From Candidatus Latescibacterota bacterium (GTDB lineage Bacteria > Latescibacterota > UBA2968 > GCA-2709665), in contig OZ241917.1 in NCBI GenBank assembly GCA_965203805.1, positions 608,001-672,000 of the forward strand: DNA of 64,000 nucleotides, given 5' to 3'. Below the pieces are notes generated by a model. The model saw only the letters and a program-made list of their open reading frames with translations. It made no database searches and was not told the origin of the DNA. Both the position numbers and the translations under genes were made by a program. This document shows, piece after piece, positions 48,423 through 58,704 of this stretch (positions within the stretch are counted from its first letter, which is position 1; each line of letters begins with the position of its first letter).

Positions 48423-51400
48423 TCAATTGAAACGAATTTCTCCCCAAACCCGGAATTCCCAGACCCTGTTGTTCAGGTCGCGCAGCTTGTCCTTCCGGTT
48501 CTCGTGGCGAAGACGGGTGCCGCCGGTGAATTTGCTGCTGAACTGGTATTGACCCGCCAGGCTGGCGTGCCAGCGGTCATCGCTCTGGCGCACAACGGCC
48601 TGTTCGGTCTCGGTGGCTTCCGCGTTCCGGGGAATTTCCCTCTTGAGGCTGGTGTTCGTGCCGTATTCGAGCGTCAGGTCCAGGTTGCTTTGCAGTTTAC
48701 TGAAGAACTTGGAACTCAACGAATATCTGAGGGATGCCGTGAACTGGGAGGTCTCGGTGATGGTCGTTCCAATAAGACGCTCCTCCAGCGTTGGCTGTGC
48801 CACGGTGGTGTCCGCAGCCACGTTGCGCTGGTACCGGAGGTCGTTCTGCCGGCTCCGGTTCGTACTGAAATTCGTGTGCATCTTGTTCTTCCACCGGGCC
48901 TGCCATCTGATGAGAGGCCTGAAGTCCGTTCTCCGGGTATCGCTGGTCAGAACGTCGTCTTCGAGACCGCCGTCCCCGCGGAAGATACGGTTTGACTTGT
49001 AATTGAAGTTCACGTTCGAACTGGCGAATAACCACCTCAGGACCGGTAGTTCGCCGAGACCCCGCCACTGCGCGGAAAAACTGGGGAATTCGAGCTTCTG
49101 TTCTTCCGTATTGGCATTGCCGAAACTCCTCACATGATTAAACGTCAGATGGGTATCGCCGCGAAAACCGGCAGGCAGGCGGACACCGCCTTTGAACGTC
49201 GCATTGTCGGTGATGTTTCTGGTATTTACGCGTGAAACGCCCCCGGATCCGTAACGGGGCGATGTCGTGGTGTCGGCCAGGCCGAGTTGAAATCGGATGT
49301 CAGGGCGCCGCCTGAGACCGAAGAGATTGAACGTGCGATTTCGAGTGACATTGGCCTGCACGGCTTCCAGCGAACCGCCGAGCCTTCCGATAAGCCGGAC
49401 GACCGAAAACCCTGTCTGGCCTTTTGACGGACGCGCCAGGGGGCGAAAGAGCCCGGGCAGGTTCAGGCTCAACCGGCCGCCGACGCGGCCGGAGGTGCCC
49501 ACGGTAAGACCTCTGCGTTCGTTGCCGATGGACGTCCGCTGGCCGCCGGTTTCAAGCCGCTCGCGAAATCGGGAGGAATAGACGGTGTTTATGTTGAGCC
49601 ACTTGGATAACCGAGGCGTGAAGTTGAATCCCACCTCCTGATTTCGCGTGGTTTCGCGGCCGAACTGCAGTCTGGTAACATCAAAGGCGTTCCGGAGGTC
49701 CCGGTTCACCGCAATGGAGTAGTTGGCGGTCAGGCTTCTGAAGGGCGTCAGTTTTATAACGAAACTCTCGTTGAGATTGAACGTCTGGTTCAACACGGCA
49801 ATGACGTCGGACGTGTCGCCTTCAACCGCGGAAAAGGAGCGTCTGTTGATGTTCTTCCGATCAAAACGCATGTTGTATCGGAGCGTTGAGGGAAGGTAGA
49901 AGAGCTGGACGCCCTCAAACCTGGAACCCATAATCGGGACCCAGCTCAGGATTCTCACCCCCCTCTGATTGGGCCAGTTGACGTCATAGCTGAAGCTGCC
50001 GTTGAAATTCTGTTCGTTGTTGGACCGGCGACGTGTGATCGCCCCGCTGACCGCGTTGTTGGTCAGAAAGTTCAGAGACGCATTGATCCGGTCGAACAGG
50101 AGCCGGGCGATCCAGCGAGGGTCTCTGTTGGCCCGGCGTTTTCGCATGGATACGTTGAATCGGGACGACGCGCGGACCGCGCTCTCTCTGGACTTCTGCT
50201 GGTCGGTCAGTACGATGTCGGAACCCTGTCGAATACGTGGAACGGACCCGTTACGGAGGTAGTTGAAGCGTACAGGAATGGTGGTGTTCCACCGATCCGG
50301 CAGAAACTTGTTCAGATTGAACGAACTGTTCATGCTGACCTGTGTTGTCGTGTTTCCGGAGGATCGCCCCTGAAGATCCTGAAAGTCGCCGCTCCTGCGT
50401 TCCAGGTTGAGGCTCACGTTGCCCAGATCGGCCAACGTGGTCTGTACGTTTAACAGCATGGAGACGGCATTCTTCTTTCGGATCCGATCGACACGCAGTT
50501 CGTCCAGCCAGATCTCGTTTTCACCCTCCAGGGGAAAGGCTCCGTTATTGGTGACGCCAATCACGAACGACTTGATCTTTGAAAGCGCCGGGTTGCCTCG
50601 AACAGTATACGTGCCGCCGTGCAGGTGCGCGCGTATCTGATCGGCTTCGCTGTCATAGTCGGCAAGGACTTCCACCGTAGGCAGGGAGAGACGCAGGGTG
50701 TCGGACGCCTGCCCGGTGGCCTTCAGGTCCGTGAGTCTACCCTTGATTTGAGAAAGTACATCGAGCTCGATTTTGAATGTATTGTCTTCCGGCGACCAGC
50801 CGCGATAAACGGGCTTTCTGAACTCGTAGAAGTTGAGCGAATCCTCACCGATGGGTGAAAACCTCACGAAGAGCTCGATCGGACTGAAGCTGCCGGTTGT
50901 CGAATCGGGACCGACCGGGAAATTGTCTTCATAGGTGGTGGATGTGGGATTGCCTCCGTGTACGAACATGGTCATCAGACCGTATCGCGTGTAGTTCTGA
51001 CCCTCCGTGAAGGTTCGCGATGCCGACACGCTTTCGCCCGGGTAGAGGTCTTCAAAGCGGAGAACCAGGGACCGTTCCAGGAGTTGCCTTCCGGTTTGCG
51101 GGTCGGTTTCACGTTCGAGGCCCGGCGGCAGTTCATAGACCTGGTTGTCGGTACCGATGGTGGCCACTCTGAAGTCGCCCGATCGTTGGTGTTCGGGAGA
51201 TTCATCCTCGAGCCAGTCGCTGCCCACGGCTGCAAGTGTGTAAATATCCAGCGACGTCGTATCGTCGTGTTCGATCCAGATTCGCGCAAAGTCGAATACG
51301 CCGGCGAAGGTGGTGTCCGGATTGCCTTCGACGCTGCGCGGCGCATTGCTGCCGCGCAACGGGATACGCAACAGCCTCCAGGGACGGTCTGAAGGATCCG

Positions 51401-54400
51401 ACTGGCTGCCTATGACGAGCACCGAGGGCCCGTCGTAAATGCCCGTTGCCGGATTCCAGCCCCGATCGGATGCCAGATTGACGCTATAGTGCAGATAGTT
51501 GTTCCGGGTGTCCAGGATGCCGTTCTGGTTCAGGTCTTCGGAATCCGGCCTCTGTTCCCGTTCCGGATTGTTATTCTGAGTGCCGTTTACACCGGGCGGA
51601 TACCGGAAACGAAGGTCGCCCTGGTCGAAGTCCACGTCCTTGAAGTTGTCATCCGACGGGTCGTCGGGTACGGTGACGCCGGGGAAGATCAGCCTGAAGA
51701 CCGAGTCTTCCTGCGCGTCGGTCAGGCCGTCCAGGCCGATATCCTCTTCAGGAATCGCCACGTCATCTCCCGTAGGAAAACCCGGGAGGGGTTGGTCTTC
51801 GGTACGAAATTGCCCGGGAGGCGGCGGATTAAACGTCGCGTGATCGAGCAGCAGATCGGCCCGTTCAGAGATTTCACCGAGGTCGATGTGCAGCCGGCCC
51901 GAATTACCCCTTATCCAGAGTTCGACAAACTTGGATCGCGAGAAATCCATGCCAAACAGGTACGTCGAAATGCCCGCCCAGGAGTTTTCAGGGAGGCCGC
52001 CGGCAGGATTCCGTGAGGTCACAGGAAAGCCGTTGGTCCGACGCGGCTCGAACCGGATACTGAGAACATCGTCCACAATGCTGTTTTCCACCGGAATATC
52101 GTCTCGCCCCGGCTGTATTTCGTAGATGGAATACCGGTCGCGGTCCACCCGATTATACCAGGTGAGGCGTCCCTTCGGCTCGGAAAGCGGGAGTCCGTTC
52201 CGCGTTGGGCTGCTGCCCTCGGACCAGACGTATTTGAAGGTGGAAACCGTCTTCCTGCTCTCGGCGCCTTCAAAATCGTCGATGTACGCCACGTTTTTGA
52301 CGTTCGGGTTGGGCAGGCTCTGTGCGACTTCCATGTCCACGTTGAATGCCGAGGGCGCCTGGGTGGAAATAAACGGCAGCCTGTTGACGAAGTCGGTGAG
52401 GATCTGCGGTTTGAAACGGAACCTTCCGTTCAAGTCCCAGATCAACGTCCGGGCCGGCTCCTCGCCCACGCGAACCCGCTGAGTCCTGGCACTTTCGCTA
52501 CCGTAGAGCAGGCTCATTCCCACCATGGAAACGTTGTCTCTGAACGGGTGTTCCGCCCGGATGCCGACGAGGCTCTTCTGCCCGCCCCCCAATCCAAATT
52601 GGCCCTTGGACCCGTAATTGATCACCAGGTTGGCGGAGGGATCGGCCGCCAGGTCCGCTGCTTCGCCGACCAACTCGACCTCGCCGTTTTCGTATTCGAT
52701 GAGGTAGTCCCGCCCGCGTGTCAGCCGGCGATTGTTCAGCAGGACCTCCTCGCTGTCTTTGATCAGGCCAAAACCCAGGTAGAACGTCGTGGATCTGTTC
52801 TTCGAACGGATGCGAAGGAAGTACTGTCCCTTTTGCGCTCGCGTGGTGTTATTGGTCGTGTTGTAGATTTCGGGCACCCTCGCGTCGTCCGCCAGCGCCT
52901 CCGCGCCGACTCCGCGTTCGCCAAATGGTTCCAGGTCGGGAAAAACAAGGTGGCCGGTCAGCAGATTGAGTCCGGGCAGGTTCGTGCCGCCGTCGATGTC
53001 GATGAGATTGTCCGGAGGGGAGGACTCCGAGGCGCCGTTGGTGTGTTTGTCCAGGCCGAAGATCTGGAGGAAGGGCGTACCACGCTGGTTGTCAACCGCC
53101 TCCTGACCTGCCACGTCTCTCAGGATCTCCAGTTCAAAACCTTCCGGTTCGATGTCGCGGTCACCCAGGAAGTACACATTTCGCCACGCCAGATCCCAGG
53201 AGGGGAATTCTGGCCGCTGCTGTCGGGCGTGAATGAGTTTCAGTCTGATCTTCGCGTCCGGATTCGAGGGGTCCTGAATGAAATTCAGGTCGCCGAAGAC
53301 GCGCCCGTCGGACGTCCGGTATGCGACCGCAAGCGTATGACCCCGCAGGACTCTCTGGCGGGTCATGATCAGATAGCCCCTGGCGTCCACCAGAAACTCG
53401 GACCGGTCCAGTTCGTGGAAGAACCCCTCTTCGACGCCCCCGCTTTGCGCGCCATTAGCGCCGGCATCGGGCTCCGGAGCAGGTCCGGTCGACCAGAACG
53501 CGTAAGCGATCCCGCGCCCGGCGCGCTGCTCGATGTCGTTGCGGTCGTTGAAGTCGTTCACGAAAACACGTACGGAACCGATGTCCACCAGGTCCTGACG
53601 GGCGGGTTCGTCCGGAAAACTCTGGCGATGCGCGAGGTCGAGAAAGAAGTAACGGTTTTCTTCGTATTCGTAGTCACGTACTCTGTGCGCGACTTCCTCC
53701 GCCTGACCCTGGTAGGATTTCCGGTTGCTTGCGCCCCGGTCGTGGCTTGTAACCACCGTCACGTCCAATCCGCCCAGACGTCCGCGGCCCTTAAGGCCGA
53801 ACAGACCGCTTCGATTGGACGAACTGAAGCCGACCAGACGGGTGCCGGGCAGGCTGAGCGACGTCCGGCCCGCCTCGATCTCCTGGATAATGTCGTCTTC
53901 GTCTCCGTCGTACCGGAATTGGAGCGATTCACTGATATCGGATTGACCGCGGCTGTCCTGCTGGAGGTTCAGCGTAATGCGGTCGCCGATGGTGCCCTGG
54001 ACATTCAGTTGGGATTCCTGCTCGAAATTGACGGTGAAGCCCTCGGCCGCCCTTGCGCGTACGGTCTGCGCCTGTCCGCCCACCGTGGTGTTCAGGCCGG
54101 ACAGATCGATGCGCCGCGATCCGGTAATCTTGATATTGGTGTCGCCTTCACCGGTAATGACACTCAGCGCCTTGGGTACCTTGACGGGAATCTTGATATC
54201 CACCAGCGCGCCGCCGGCGCCCCGCCGTGCCCTCACGGGCAGGCTCAGCGTTGCAGCGGCCACGCGACCGAAATCCGCGTCGAATTTGTACGCGGACAGG
54301 CCCTTCAAGGTGATGACGGCCGGTATGCCGTGGACGACGTCGCCGCTGGCGCGATAGACCATCAGCGTGCCGGTCCCTGTACTGAGCAGCCGGGTCACCG

Positions 54401-54647
54401 TCTGGGTGAACTTCCGGCGCTGTCGAAAGAGCGGCTGAAAGGCGGTGGAACGGGAATAGGTCAGCTTTCCGGGGGAACGATGGAAAACGTGCGCAGGTGT
54501 CTTTCCGAAGGAGAGCCTGATGCCGGGTTCGGCCCGGAGCGCGTCCGAATCGGCAAGAAGACATGTGCAAAATGCCCATGCGAGGACCGCACGGAACGAA
54601 TGGGACGATCCCCCCTGTGAATCTCTAAAGATGTTTGGGATCTGCAT
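48423..54647 (-). CDS. sprA: SprA/Sov-like giant outer-membrane beta-barrel (T9SS translocon homolog), about 2070 aa
   Basis: GDEDDIIQEIEAG, GLFGLK, WRNVY.LG, AYIDDFEG, IDLGEISE, EDLNQNG and IWLDELR motifs; amphipathic C-terminus ending EIRFN. Confidence 0.85.
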   Translation of the reverse strand: MQIPNIFRDSQGGSSHSFRAVLAWAFCTCLLADSDALRAEPGIRLSFGKTPAHVFHRSPGKLTYSRSTAFQPLFRQRRKFTQTVTRLLSTGTGTLMVYRASGDVVHGIPAVITLKGLSAYKFDADFGRVAAATLSLPVRARRGAGGALVDIKIPVKVPKALSVITGEGDTNIKITGSRRIDLSGLNTTVGGQAQTVRARAAEGFTVNFEQESQLNVQGTIGDRITLNLQQDSRGQSDISESLQFRYDGDEDDIIQEIEAGRTSLSLPGTRLVGFSSSNRSGLFGLKGRGRLGGLDVTVVTSHDRGASNRKSYQGQAEEVAHRVRDYEYEENRYFFLDLAHRQSFPDEPARQDLVDIGSVRVFVNDFNDRNDIEQRAGRGIAYAFWSTGPAPEPDAGANGAQSGGVEEGFFHELDRSEFLVDARGYLIMTRQRVLRGHTLAVAYRTSDGRVFGDLNFIQDPSNPDAKIRLKLIHARQQRPEFPSWDLAWRNVYFLGDRDIEPEGFELEILRDVAGQEAVDNQRGTPFLQIFGLDKHTNGASESSPPDNLIDIDGGTNLPGLNLLTGHLVFPDLEPFGERGVGAEALADDARVPEIYNTTNNTTRAQKGQYFLRIRSKNRSTTFYLGFGLIKDSEEVLLNNRRLTRGRDYLIEYENGEVELVGEAADLAADPSANLVINYGSKGQFGLGGGQKSLVGIRAEHPFRDNVSMVGMSLLYGSESARTQRVRVGEEPARTLIWDLNGRFRFKPQILTDFVNRLPFISTQAPSAFNVDMEVAQSLPNPNVKNVAYIDDFEGAESRKTVSTFKYVWSEGSSPTRNGLPLSEPKGRLTWYNRVDRDRYSIYEIQPGRDDIPVENSIVDDVLSIRFEPRRTNGFPVTSRNPAGGLPENSWAGISTYLFGMDFSRSKFVELWIRGNSGRLHIDLGEISERADLLLDHATFNPPPPGQFRTEDQPLPGFPTGDDVAIPEEDIGLDGLTDAQEDSVFRLIFPGVTVPDDPSDDNFKDVDFDQGDLRFRYPPGVNGTQNNNPEREQRPDSEDLNQNGILDTRNNYLHYSVNLASDRGWNPATGIYDGPSVLVIGSQSDPSDRPWRLLRIPLRGSNAPRSVEGNPDTTFAGVFDFARIWIEHDDTTSLDIYTLAAVGSDWLEDESPEHQRSGDFRVATIGTDNQVYELPPGLERETDPQTGRQLLERSLVLRFEDLYPGESVSASRTFTEGQNYTRYGLMTMFVHGGNPTSTTYEDNFPVGPDSTTGSFSPIELFVRFSPIGEDSLNFYEFRKPVYRGWSPEDNTFKIELDVLSQIKGRLTDLKATGQASDTLRLSLPTVEVLADYDSEADQIRAHLHGGTYTVRGNPALSKIKSFVIGVTNNGAFPLEGENEIWLDELRVDRIRKKNAVSMLLNVQTTLADLGNVSLNLERRSGDFQDLQGRSSGNTTTQVSMNSSFNLNKFLPDRWNTTIPVRFNYLRNGSVPRIRQGSDIVLTDQQKSRESAVRASSRFNVSMRKRRANRDPRWIARLLFDRINASLNFLTNNAVSGAITRRRSNNEQNFNGSFSYDVNWPNQRGVRILSWVPIMGSRFEGVQLFYLPSTLRYNMRFDRKNINRRSFSAVEGDTSDVIAVLNQTFNLNESFVIKLTPFRSLTANYSIAVNRDLRNAFDVTRLQFGRETTRNQEVGFNFTPRLSKWLNINTVYSSRFRERLETGGQRTSIGNERRGLTVGTSGRVGGRLSLNLPGLFRPLARPSKGQTGFSVVRLIGRLGGSLEAVQANVTRNRTFNLFGLRRRPDIRFQLGLADTTTSPRYGSGGVSRVNTRNITDNATFKGGVRLPAGFRGDTHLTFNHVRSFGNANTEEQKLEFPSFSAQWRGLGELPVLRWLFASSNVNFNYKSNRIFRGDGGLEDDVLTSDTRRTDFRPLIRWQARWKNKMHTNFSTNRSRQNDLRYQRNVAADTTVAQPTLEERLIGTTITETSQFTASLRYSLSSKFFSKLQSNLDLTLEYGTNTSLKREIPRNAEATETEQAVVRQSDDRWHASLAGQYQFSSKFTGGTRLRHENRKDKLRDLNNRVWEFRVWGEIRFN

Positions 54648-54704
54648 GCGTGAATCGGACTGTCTTGAAAGGGGAAGGGTCCAGGCTAATTGGAAGAGAG
54701 TCTG

Positions 54705-54858
54705 CAGTCCGTTGAAAAAGTCGCTCTGCAGGCGAGGCATTGTGGCCGAAGACAAGGCGCGCGACAGACTCGAATCTCTGGATTCGGGGAGGGAGCGAAA
54801 CGCAGTAATTCGGTCACAATGGCCGGACGCAGCTCGGATGGACGTTATCAACGGGTTG
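54705..54858. mobile_element. MITE-like element family 2 (IS5/IS1182-type ends) in the sprA leader
   Basis: Terminal inverted repeats CAGTCCGTTGAAAAAGTC ... GACGTTATCAACGGGTTG; the right end recurs at 18849-18882. Confidence 0.65.
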
Positions 54859-55088
54859 TCAGGTTAAAAATACCGAACACCGCGTTAAAGATCAAGGGAA
54901 AACCCTGGCCGGACAAATGGCAAATAAGAATAATAAAAACAAATAGTTATACAGTGAAATCTTCATCCGGGCTGCGTGAGGGGTTGAGAAAGGGCTACCG
55001 TCGATGGAAAATTCCCGTATATTCTTGCGGCTTCTTGCGCCAATATCTTTAACTCTTTTGAAAACAAACGGTTCCCCGGAGAAGTGAC

Positions 55089-56387
55089 ATGTTGCTGTAC
55101 CGGTATGTGCTTAAAGAGCATGTCGCACCGTTTGTTTTCGCATTCTCGGTTATCATGTTTCTCCTGGTCGTCGACCTGATTCTCCAGAAGATGGATCTGA
55201 TGCTGGGAAAGGGCATAGCGCCGGGTGTGGTTCTGGAACTGTTCCTGCTGAATACCGCATGGATGATCGCCCTGGCGGTGCCAATGGCGGTCCTTGTCGC
55301 CACCCTGATGGCTTTCGGCCGATTGGCCGTCGACGGTGAAGTCTCCGCCATGCAAGCGCTTGGCATCGGGGTCTTCCGGGTGATGTGGCCCGTACTGATG
55401 GCAGGAGTCGCGCTTTCGCTCGGACTGGTAATCTTCAATGACCGGGTACTGCCGGAATTCAACTATCGGGCGCGGCTGCTCATGGGCGATATTCAGCGCA
55501 AGCGTCCGGCAGTCGCCCTGGAGGACCGCAGCGGTGTCTTTATCCAGGATTTCGCCAACTACAGGATTCTGATTGGCGATATCGACAGGCGGACTTCGGT
55601 ACTCAAGGATGTCCTGATATATAAGTACGAAGCGGGGGGATATCCGGTATCCATTGCCGCCGAAACCGGCCGGATTCGAATTGACGGCGAAAATGACGAG
55701 GCGCTGGTGACACTGGAGAACGGGGAGTGGCATCGGGTGGATGCGTCAGATCCGGATGTCTACTTCCGGTCACGTTTCAAGAAGAAGAATCTGCGCCTTG
55801 GCGAAGCCGGCCGGCAACTCATACGCACCATGTCACACTATCGGACGGACAGAGAGATGGGACTTGGGGCAATGATGGACAGGGTGCATGCCTATCAGCG
55901 GGAGGCGTCAACCCTGAAGGCCGAATCCGCGGACAGCGCGGCTTCCGCTTTGAGGCGCCTGCTTTTCGCGCCGGGAGCCGAACGCAGGGCTTTCGGGATC
56001 GTGGCGGACCTGGCCACGCGTTTACGCACCGACACCGCGATTCGACATCACAAACTCCGCCAGGCGGATCGGTACCGGGTTGAGATCCACAAAAAGCTCT
56101 CGATTCCCGTTGCATGTATTGTCTTTATTTTGGTGGGCGCTCCGCTCGGCATCCGGGTGCGCGGGAGCAGCCCCGCTGTCGGCGCAGGAATCAGCATTGG
56201 GTTTTTTCTCCTGTGGTGGCTCTGTCTGATCAGCGGAGAAACGCTCGCTGACCGCGGATACATTCCGCCCTGGGTTGCCATGTGGAGCCCCAACTTCATC
56301 GTTCTCTCGTGTGGTTCCTGGCTCGTGTGGGGCACCTTGTTCGAGTGGCGATTCGAGGTGTTGAGAGGCAGGCCGTGCGCATCCTGA
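55089..56387 (+). CDS. lptF: LPS export permease LptF family
   Basis: LYRYVLKE, PMAVLVATLMAFGRL..DGE..AMQA.G, EIHKKLSIP. Confidence 0.88.
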   Translation: MLLYRYVLKEHVAPFVFAFSVIMFLLVVDLILQKMDLMLGKGIAPGVVLELFLLNTAWMIALAVPMAVLVATLMAFGRLAVDGEVSAMQALGIGVFRVMWPVLMAGVALSLGLVIFNDRVLPEFNYRARLLMGDIQRKRPAVALEDRSGVFIQDFANYRILIGDIDRRTSVLKDVLIYKYEAGGYPVSIAAETGRIRIDGENDEALVTLENGEWHRVDASDPDVYFRSRFKKKNLRLGEAGRQLIRTMSHYRTDREMGLGAMMDRVHAYQREASTLKAESADSAASALRRLLFAPGAERRAFGIVADLATRLRTDTAIRHHKLRQADRYRVEIHKKLSIPVACIVFILVGAPLGIRVRGSSPAVGAGISIGFFLLWWLCLISGETLADRGYIPPWVAMWSPNFIVLSCGSWLVWGTLFEWRFEVLRGRPCAS

Positions 56388-57445
56388 GTCGATACGTAAA
56401 CAGACAGTTCCTCGTATACCTGGCGCTTTGCTTCTCCGGATTCCTGGCCGTATTCGTTGTTGTGGACCTGGCAGGCCGGCTCAGTGGCTTCATTGACAGA
56501 AGTGCGGGCGGTGGAACGATCCTTTTGTATTATATACTATCCATCCCATATATGGGAATTCTGACGTTACCCATGGCGATGTTGCTGGCGAGTCTCTTTT
56601 GCTTTGGCAGCTTGTCTCGCTTCGGTGAGCTTGCCGCAATGAAGTCCGCCGGTATATCCCTTGACCGCGTTGCCGCGCCGGTTCTGGCGGCTGCCCTTCT
56701 GGTGTGTGCCGTATCGTTTTTCCTGACCGACCGGGTGATGCCCGGCGCAAACCGCAAACGTGCGTCAATTACCCAGGTCAGGCGTCAGGACGTCTCAAAT
56801 CCAGTGGTCTCGCAGGTCATCCTTCAGGACGTGGACGGACAGATCCTCTCGGTCGGCACCTACTTCCGCAATGAAGCGCGAGGAACGGAAGTGATGCTGG
56901 ACAGGTACGACGGAACACGTCTGGTAGAAAAATTGCGTGCCGGGGAGATGGCGTGGCAGAACGAAAGGTGGACGTTTCTCAGGGGTGAAGTGAGACGGTT
57001 TCCAGCGGAAGGCGCCGAACAGGTGATCCGGTTCCAGGCGATGCCTGCGCGGCGCGTCACGCTAAGACCCGAAGATCTGGCGCGGGAAGTTCGATCCGTG
57101 GATGAGCTTAGCTTTTCCGAGCTTACGGAGTTTATTCTGCGCAAACGACGCATGGGCGACGACTCGGTACGGGTGGAGGTCGCGCGCCATATGCGCCTGT
57201 CATTCCCGTTCACAGGATTCGTAATGGTGTTATTCGGCATCTCACTTTCGTCCCGGACCCAGCGTGCGGGGAAGCCTCTCCTGGTGGGTATTTGTCTGCT
57301 GATTTCGTTTGTCTATTATGGGTGCATTCAGGCCGGCCGGGTAATGGGCTGGAACGGCATTCTCCCGCCGCTGTGGAGCTCCTGGGCCGCCAATTTCCTG
57401 TTTTTGTGTCTGGGCGTTGGCTTGCTGGCCAGGACCAGACGGTAG
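56375..57445 (+). CDS. lptG: LPS export permease LptG family
   Basis: ILSRY, PMAMLLA..GEL.AMKSAGIS, WAAN; GTG start overlaps lptF. Confidence 0.88.
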   Translation: MRILSRYVNRQFLVYLALCFSGFLAVFVVVDLAGRLSGFIDRSAGGGTILLYYILSIPYMGILTLPMAMLLASLFCFGSLSRFGELAAMKSAGISLDRVAAPVLAAALLVCAVSFFLTDRVMPGANRKRASITQVRRQDVSNPVVSQVILQDVDGQILSVGTYFRNEARGTEVMLDRYDGTRLVEKLRAGEMAWQNERWTFLRGEVRRFPAEGAEQVIRFQAMPARRVTLRPEDLAREVRSVDELSFSELTEFILRKRRMGDDSVRVEVARHMRLSFPFTGFVMVLFGISLSSRTQRAGKPLLVGICLLISFVYYGCIQAGRVMGWNGILPPLWSSWAANFLFLCLGVGLLARTRR

Positions 57446-57523
57446 CGGATTCGTCGCCGTACAAAGAAAGAAGACGCATCGTTGATGCGCCTTCTTTTTC
57501 GGGCTTACTGCATGGAAAGTCCA

Positions 57524-58498
57524 TCAAAAACGGGACAGGCGACTTCTCCGGGTGTTCTTGTTCCGGATGTATTTGCGAGGATTTTCCACGATTTCTTCCT
57601 CGCCGACTTTCCTGGTTACGCCATAGTGCAGATGAGGCGCCGTTGCACGTCCGGACCTTCCCATTCTGCCGATCACCTGGCCGCGTGTGACGAGTTGACC
57701 CACTCCCAGCGATGGTTTTTTCAGCAGATGGGCGTACAGCGTCCTGTAAAACGGGTCGTGATCGAGAGAAATGTACCAGCCCAGATATTTGTCTCTGCCC
57801 ACTGATTCCACCCGGCCGTTGGCGGTAGCGAGAATCTTAGTGCCGGAGCGACCGGCGATGTCGATGCCTTTATGAAACTGCCTGGCGCCGGAAAAAGGAT
57901 TCCTGCGGTAGCCGAAACCCGACGAAATCCAGCAACCTGACTCGGGTGGAACAGGAAGAATGGATGGGGTATGCAGCCGGGCGATTTCGTTCCGATTGAG
58001 GATGGAGGCAATATGCACGAAACTGTCTTCGAGGAAACGGGCTTCCCGCAAGAGCTGGTCCACGTCGGTGTATGCCTCTGTAAGCCGGTTGCCAATTTCC
58101 TGAGGCACCCGGCCTTCCCACTCCGGCTCACTCGTGGAATACCCGCCCACGCCCATTTTCCGCACCTCGTCACCCGGTTCCGCCAAATTGACCCAGGACC
58201 GGAACATGCGATCCATCTCGGTGAGATCGTTGACGTTTTCCCGTAGTCCTTCCACCTTCTGCTGCAACCGGTTGACCTGCTGTTTGAGCACGGAGTTTTC
58301 AGACGTCAATGCGAGCAGTCTCTTCTCCTGCTGGTGGTTCACAAAATACCCAAGCGCATAGAAGACGACAGCGAGGGTAAGACACCCGAACAGCAATACG
58401 GCCCCGATACCCCAGACGGTGGGGCGCGAGGCCCTGACTTGACGCATCTGATCTCTATTGTGTGGTATGACCATCAGCGTCAGGTTTCTTTTCCACAT
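57524..58498 (-). CDS. M23 family metallopeptidase with coiled coil
   Basis: HKGID (HxxxD), TLYAHL, APHLHY (HxH); N-terminal TM and coiled coil. Confidence 0.92.
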   Translation of the reverse strand: MWKRNLTLMVIPHNRDQMRQVRASRPTVWGIGAVLLFGCLTLAVVFYALGYFVNHQQEKRLLALTSENSVLKQQVNRLQQKVEGLRENVNDLTEMDRMFRSWVNLAEPGDEVRKMGVGGYSTSEPEWEGRVPQEIGNRLTEAYTDVDQLLREARFLEDSFVHIASILNRNEIARLHTPSILPVPPESGCWISSGFGYRRNPFSGARQFHKGIDIAGRSGTKILATANGRVESVGRDKYLGWYISLDHDPFYRTLYAHLLKKPSLGVGQLVTRGQVIGRMGRSGRATAPHLHYGVTRKVGEEEIVENPRKYIRNKNTRRSRLSRF

Positions 58499-58704
58499 TG
58501 AACGTGCCTTTCGTCTGTTGATTGCTGCTGAAGTTTACCTGCGGCCGACCGTCAGCCTGGTAGTCTGGAAGTTAAGAACTTTACCGGGTTTCTGTCAAGG
58601 CAAAACTGGACCGATCTTGTGAATCTGGGGATCCGGAACCCGCGAGTGTACGGGCCAGTCAAGCACCACGCTGCGGGTCCTGGATCGGGTATACGTATGC
58701 TTCC

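Noticed and set aside
52548-54620. Long antisense ORFs (also 12635-14215, 31422-32873, 58720-60291)
   Set aside because: Shadow ORFs opposite well-supported genes in GC-rich DNA, with no recognisable motifs.
58630-58686. Hairpin between the HD hydrolase and M23 genes as an ncRNA (SRP/6S)
   Set aside because: It lacks the SRP GGAA-loop motif and 6S size; more likely a terminator or stability stem.
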